Origin: Neocallimastix sp. 'constans'
Taxonomy: Eukaryota
Direction of reading: 5' to 3'
DNA length: 64,000 nt
Assembly (NCBI GenBank): GCA_050613775.1
Contig: JBODTK010000116.1
Span: 372,001-436,000 of the forward strand
Under the pieces are notes generated by a model, which saw nothing but the letters and a program-made list of their open reading frames with translations, searched no databases and had not been told where the DNA came from. How positions within the stretch are numbered: the first letter of the stretch is position 1; each line of letters begins with the position of its first letter. Positions 61,240 through 64,000 of the stretch are shown piece by piece. The position numbers and the translations under genes were made by a program.

Positions 61240-61540
61240 TGACATACATAATGAGTACCCAACTCCCATTATGACCATAACGGATATGACTGTCAAGTGG
61301 GAAATACTGGAATACTAGTACAGCATCGCCCCTCCACACGTCGTTACATATCTGCCTGGGGCTATATTCCCTAACATATATCTTCATTGACTACGAGCAT
61401 TCGGAATAGGAGTCATTCACCCCTCCAATGGGTGTAATCATTGGTGTGAGGATATAATATCATCAGTTCCTATGATTAAGTTGTAGCGTAGTATCACAGG
61501 AGTTGGGTCCAATAGGCTACCAAGGGAAAGCCTATCGTCA
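61240..61540 (+). ncRNA. Candidate structured RNA of about 290 nt, unknown family
   Basis: Sharp GC-richer island closed by a perfect 10-bp stem (ACCCAACTCC 61257-61266 / GGAGTTGGGT 61499-61508), with nested G-U-containing stems and a terminal hairpin. Confidence 0.5.
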
Positions 61541-62307
61541 TTATTAATAATTTATAATTATTAACTATTATTTATTATTTATTACTTATTTATTATTTAT
61601 TATTAAGTATTACTTATTATTTGTTATTATTATTTATTATTTATTATTTATTATTTATTATTTATTATTTATTATTTATTATTTATTATTTATTATTAAA
61701 TTATTTATTATTTTTTATTTTTTAATAAATACTCATATTAATCATTATTATTTATTATTTACTACTATTTATTATTTATTATTTATTTATGATTAATAGG
61801 TATTAATAATTATTGGTTATTATTATTACTATTTATTATTAATTATTTATTATTAAATATTTAATAAAAAATATAACTATTTACCAACATTTATTGTAAT
61901 GAGATACAAATATTTATACAATAAAATATTATGAATTATAGAATTGTATTAATACGTATTGTAATAGTTAGTAAATAAAATTAATAATATATCATCATCA
62001 CTAAAATGTGGTATATACACACAATAAATTATCATTATTATTTTTATTTTAATTATTTATTTATAATTATTACTATTTATTTTAATTATTTATTAGTATT
62101 TATTATTAATTGTTTATAATTATTATTTATTATTATTTATTATTTATTATTTATTTAATTATATATTCTTTATTCTTTTATTAAAATTTTTATATAAAAA
62201 TATATAAAAATATATAAAAATATATATAATTATATAAAATATCTATGTATCTATAGATCTATATTATTTTCGGTTTAAAAGTTTTAATAAAAATAGTAAA
62301 GAAGTTA

Positions 62308-62353
<46 letters not shown>

Positions 62354-62924
62354 ATTAAATGACAAAAAAGTTTATATTTGTGATAATATTTAAAGTATTA
62401 TCCTAAACTTTTTTTTTTTTTTTATTTTATTATTTTTTTATTTTTTAAATATTGATAAACAATAATTTTAATTATATTATTTTTCTTTTTTTAAAAGTTT
62501 TATCGTTGACTAAATATTAATAATAAGTATTATAATTTATTTTCCTTTTAAATAATAATATTTTAAAATCAATAATTATAAAAGCATATATATATATATC
62601 ATAAATAATCATATATATAAATATTTAAATAAATTAGTACTTTTAAATATATAAAATTATATTAATTCCATATTATTATTAATATATATTTCCATATATT
62701 ATTTAATTATCTAAAAATTTAAGTTAGTTTTATTGCCACAAATATTTTTTTTTTTAAAAAAAAATTTAAAATAATATAAAAAAAGAAAAGTTTTTTTTTT
62801 TTTAAATATTTAAAATATACTTAAATAATTAATTGATAATAGTTATTATTATTAGTAAATTATCAAAAACAACAACAACAATAATATTGACAAAATAAAC
62901 AAAAAGTTTGAATAAAAAAAAAAA

Positions 62925-63743
62925 ATGGATAATGCCAATTTTGATAATGATAATAAATTAACAACCGAGACTGTTGTTAAACCAGACCAAGAATTTAAAA
63001 AAAGACCAGTTCAAAAACAAAATGAGAAGGAATCAAACCACCAAGAAAATAATAATGAACAAGAAGGTGAAGGTGAAGGTGAAGGTGAAGATGAGTCAGA
63101 ATATGAATATGAATATGAATATGTACCATCAACAGCTCTCTATATAATAGGTATTGGCGCTCTTATATTTACAGTAGGATTTTTAATATTTATTAATCTT
63201 AATTATCCAATGAGTAAACATTTAAAACAAATGTTTATTGGTTCACTTATTGATTTTAAAAATCAATTCTTTATGAAAAAAGTTTACATTGCTGCTGTTG
63301 GTATATTTATCGTATTCCAAATATTCACTACCATTACGCAAATACTTATCAAATATATACAACCGGATGCAAGTAATTCAACAAATAAAGATTTAAATGA
63401 TTTTGCTGGTTCCTCGGTGATAGGTGCTTTTATAATTGCTGGTATTATTTTTCCGGTTGGTGAAGAATTAATTTTTAGAAAACTTCTATTCGGTATTCTT
63501 AATCATTTTTCAACTCTATTAGCTTTTATTGTATCAAGTTTTGTTTTTGCCTTCTATCACTTTGAATTTAGTATTCAAAAACTTAAGGAGGAATATATTC
63601 GTTTCCCAATATATTTATTTGCTGGACTTATGTTTGCCTATGTCTATAATGACACAGGTTGTATTTTAGCTACTATGCTTGGTCATATTTTAAACAATAG
63701 TTATACTGTTATCTTAAGTCTTTTAGGCGTATTACAACAATAA
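62925..63743 (+). CDS. CPBP (CAAX protease / Abi, Rce1-like) intramembrane glutamic protease
   Basis: Motifs EExxxR (GEELIFR), FxxxH (FAFYH) and HxxxN (HILNN); several TM helices; acidic N-terminal extension. Confidence 0.93.
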   Translation: MDNANFDNDNKLTTETVVKPDQEFKKRPVQKQNEKESNHQENNNEQEGEGEGEGEDESEYEYEYEYVPSTALYIIGIGALIFTVGFLIFINLNYPMSKHLKQMFIGSLIDFKNQFFMKKVYIAAVGIFIVFQIFTTITQILIKYIQPDASNSTNKDLNDFAGSSVIGAFIIAGIIFPVGEELIFRKLLFGILNHFSTLLAFIVSSFVFAFYHFEFSIQKLKEEYIRFPIYLFAGLMFAYVYNDTGCILATMLGHILNNSYTVILSLLGVLQQ

Positions 63744-63780
63744 TATAAATTAATAATAATAATAATAATAATAAATTGAA

Positions 63781-63865
63781 ATTTAGCTACTATGCTTGGT
63801 CATATTTTAAACAATAGTTATACTGTTATCTTAAGTCTTTTAGGCGTATTACAACAATAATATAA

Positions 63866-63899
<34 letters not shown>

Positions 63900-63905
63900 T
63901 GAAAT
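63781..63905 (+). repeat. Tandem duplicate of the CPBP gene 3' end
   Basis: TTTAGCTACTATGCTTGGTCAT...ACAACAATAA repeated with a 117-bp period (63665 and 63782). Confidence 0.92.
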
Positions 63906-64000
63906 TAACATTTTAATAAAAAAAATACTAATAATAATAATAGTAATAATAATAATAATAATTTAAAAAGACATAAATAATAAAAGGCAAATTGCAAAAC

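Noticed and set aside
61369..61375. Telomerase template (CCCTAAC)
   Set aside because: Only 7 nt of the TTAGGG complement, and partly paired in a hairpin; too weak alone.
61288..61400. Group I intron or RNase P core (GACTGTCAAGTGGGAAA; TCATTGACTACG)
   Set aside because: No TAGTC partner for P7, no P3 complement after GACTA, no host gene, and no convincing RNase P CR-V; family left unassigned.
61460..61466. Hammerhead core CTGATGA on the minus strand
   Set aside because: No stem II followed by GAAA, and the G-U pattern favours the plus strand.

Overview
Very AT-rich eukaryotic DNA with GT-AG introns and long (ATT)n/poly-A tracts. Composition and gene content fit an anaerobic gut fungus (Neocallimastigomycota); this is inferred, not proven. 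Bases 423-17158 are a triple nest: a Mutator-like DNA transposon (9-bp TSD, long imperfect TIRs, broken transposase) hit by a chromodomain Ty3/Gypsy element A, whose gag was hit by a related intact element B. Both retroelements show Tf1-type self-priming with a compensatory base change, plus several cis-structures conserved in shape. Next come a Pro/Trp-repeat membrane protein, five copies (two minus, three plus) of an unannotated three-exon gene with a 5-nt microexon and a possible HTH-like domain, an MFS sugar porter, three 10-Cys secreted/GPI-like paralogs and a CPBP protease. The least explained signals are two GC-richer non-coding islands (about 15845-16352, inside the MULE, and 61240-61540) that fold by eye into nested, G-U-rich stems on the + strand and match no RNA family I could recognise. 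All alignments and folds were done by eye.
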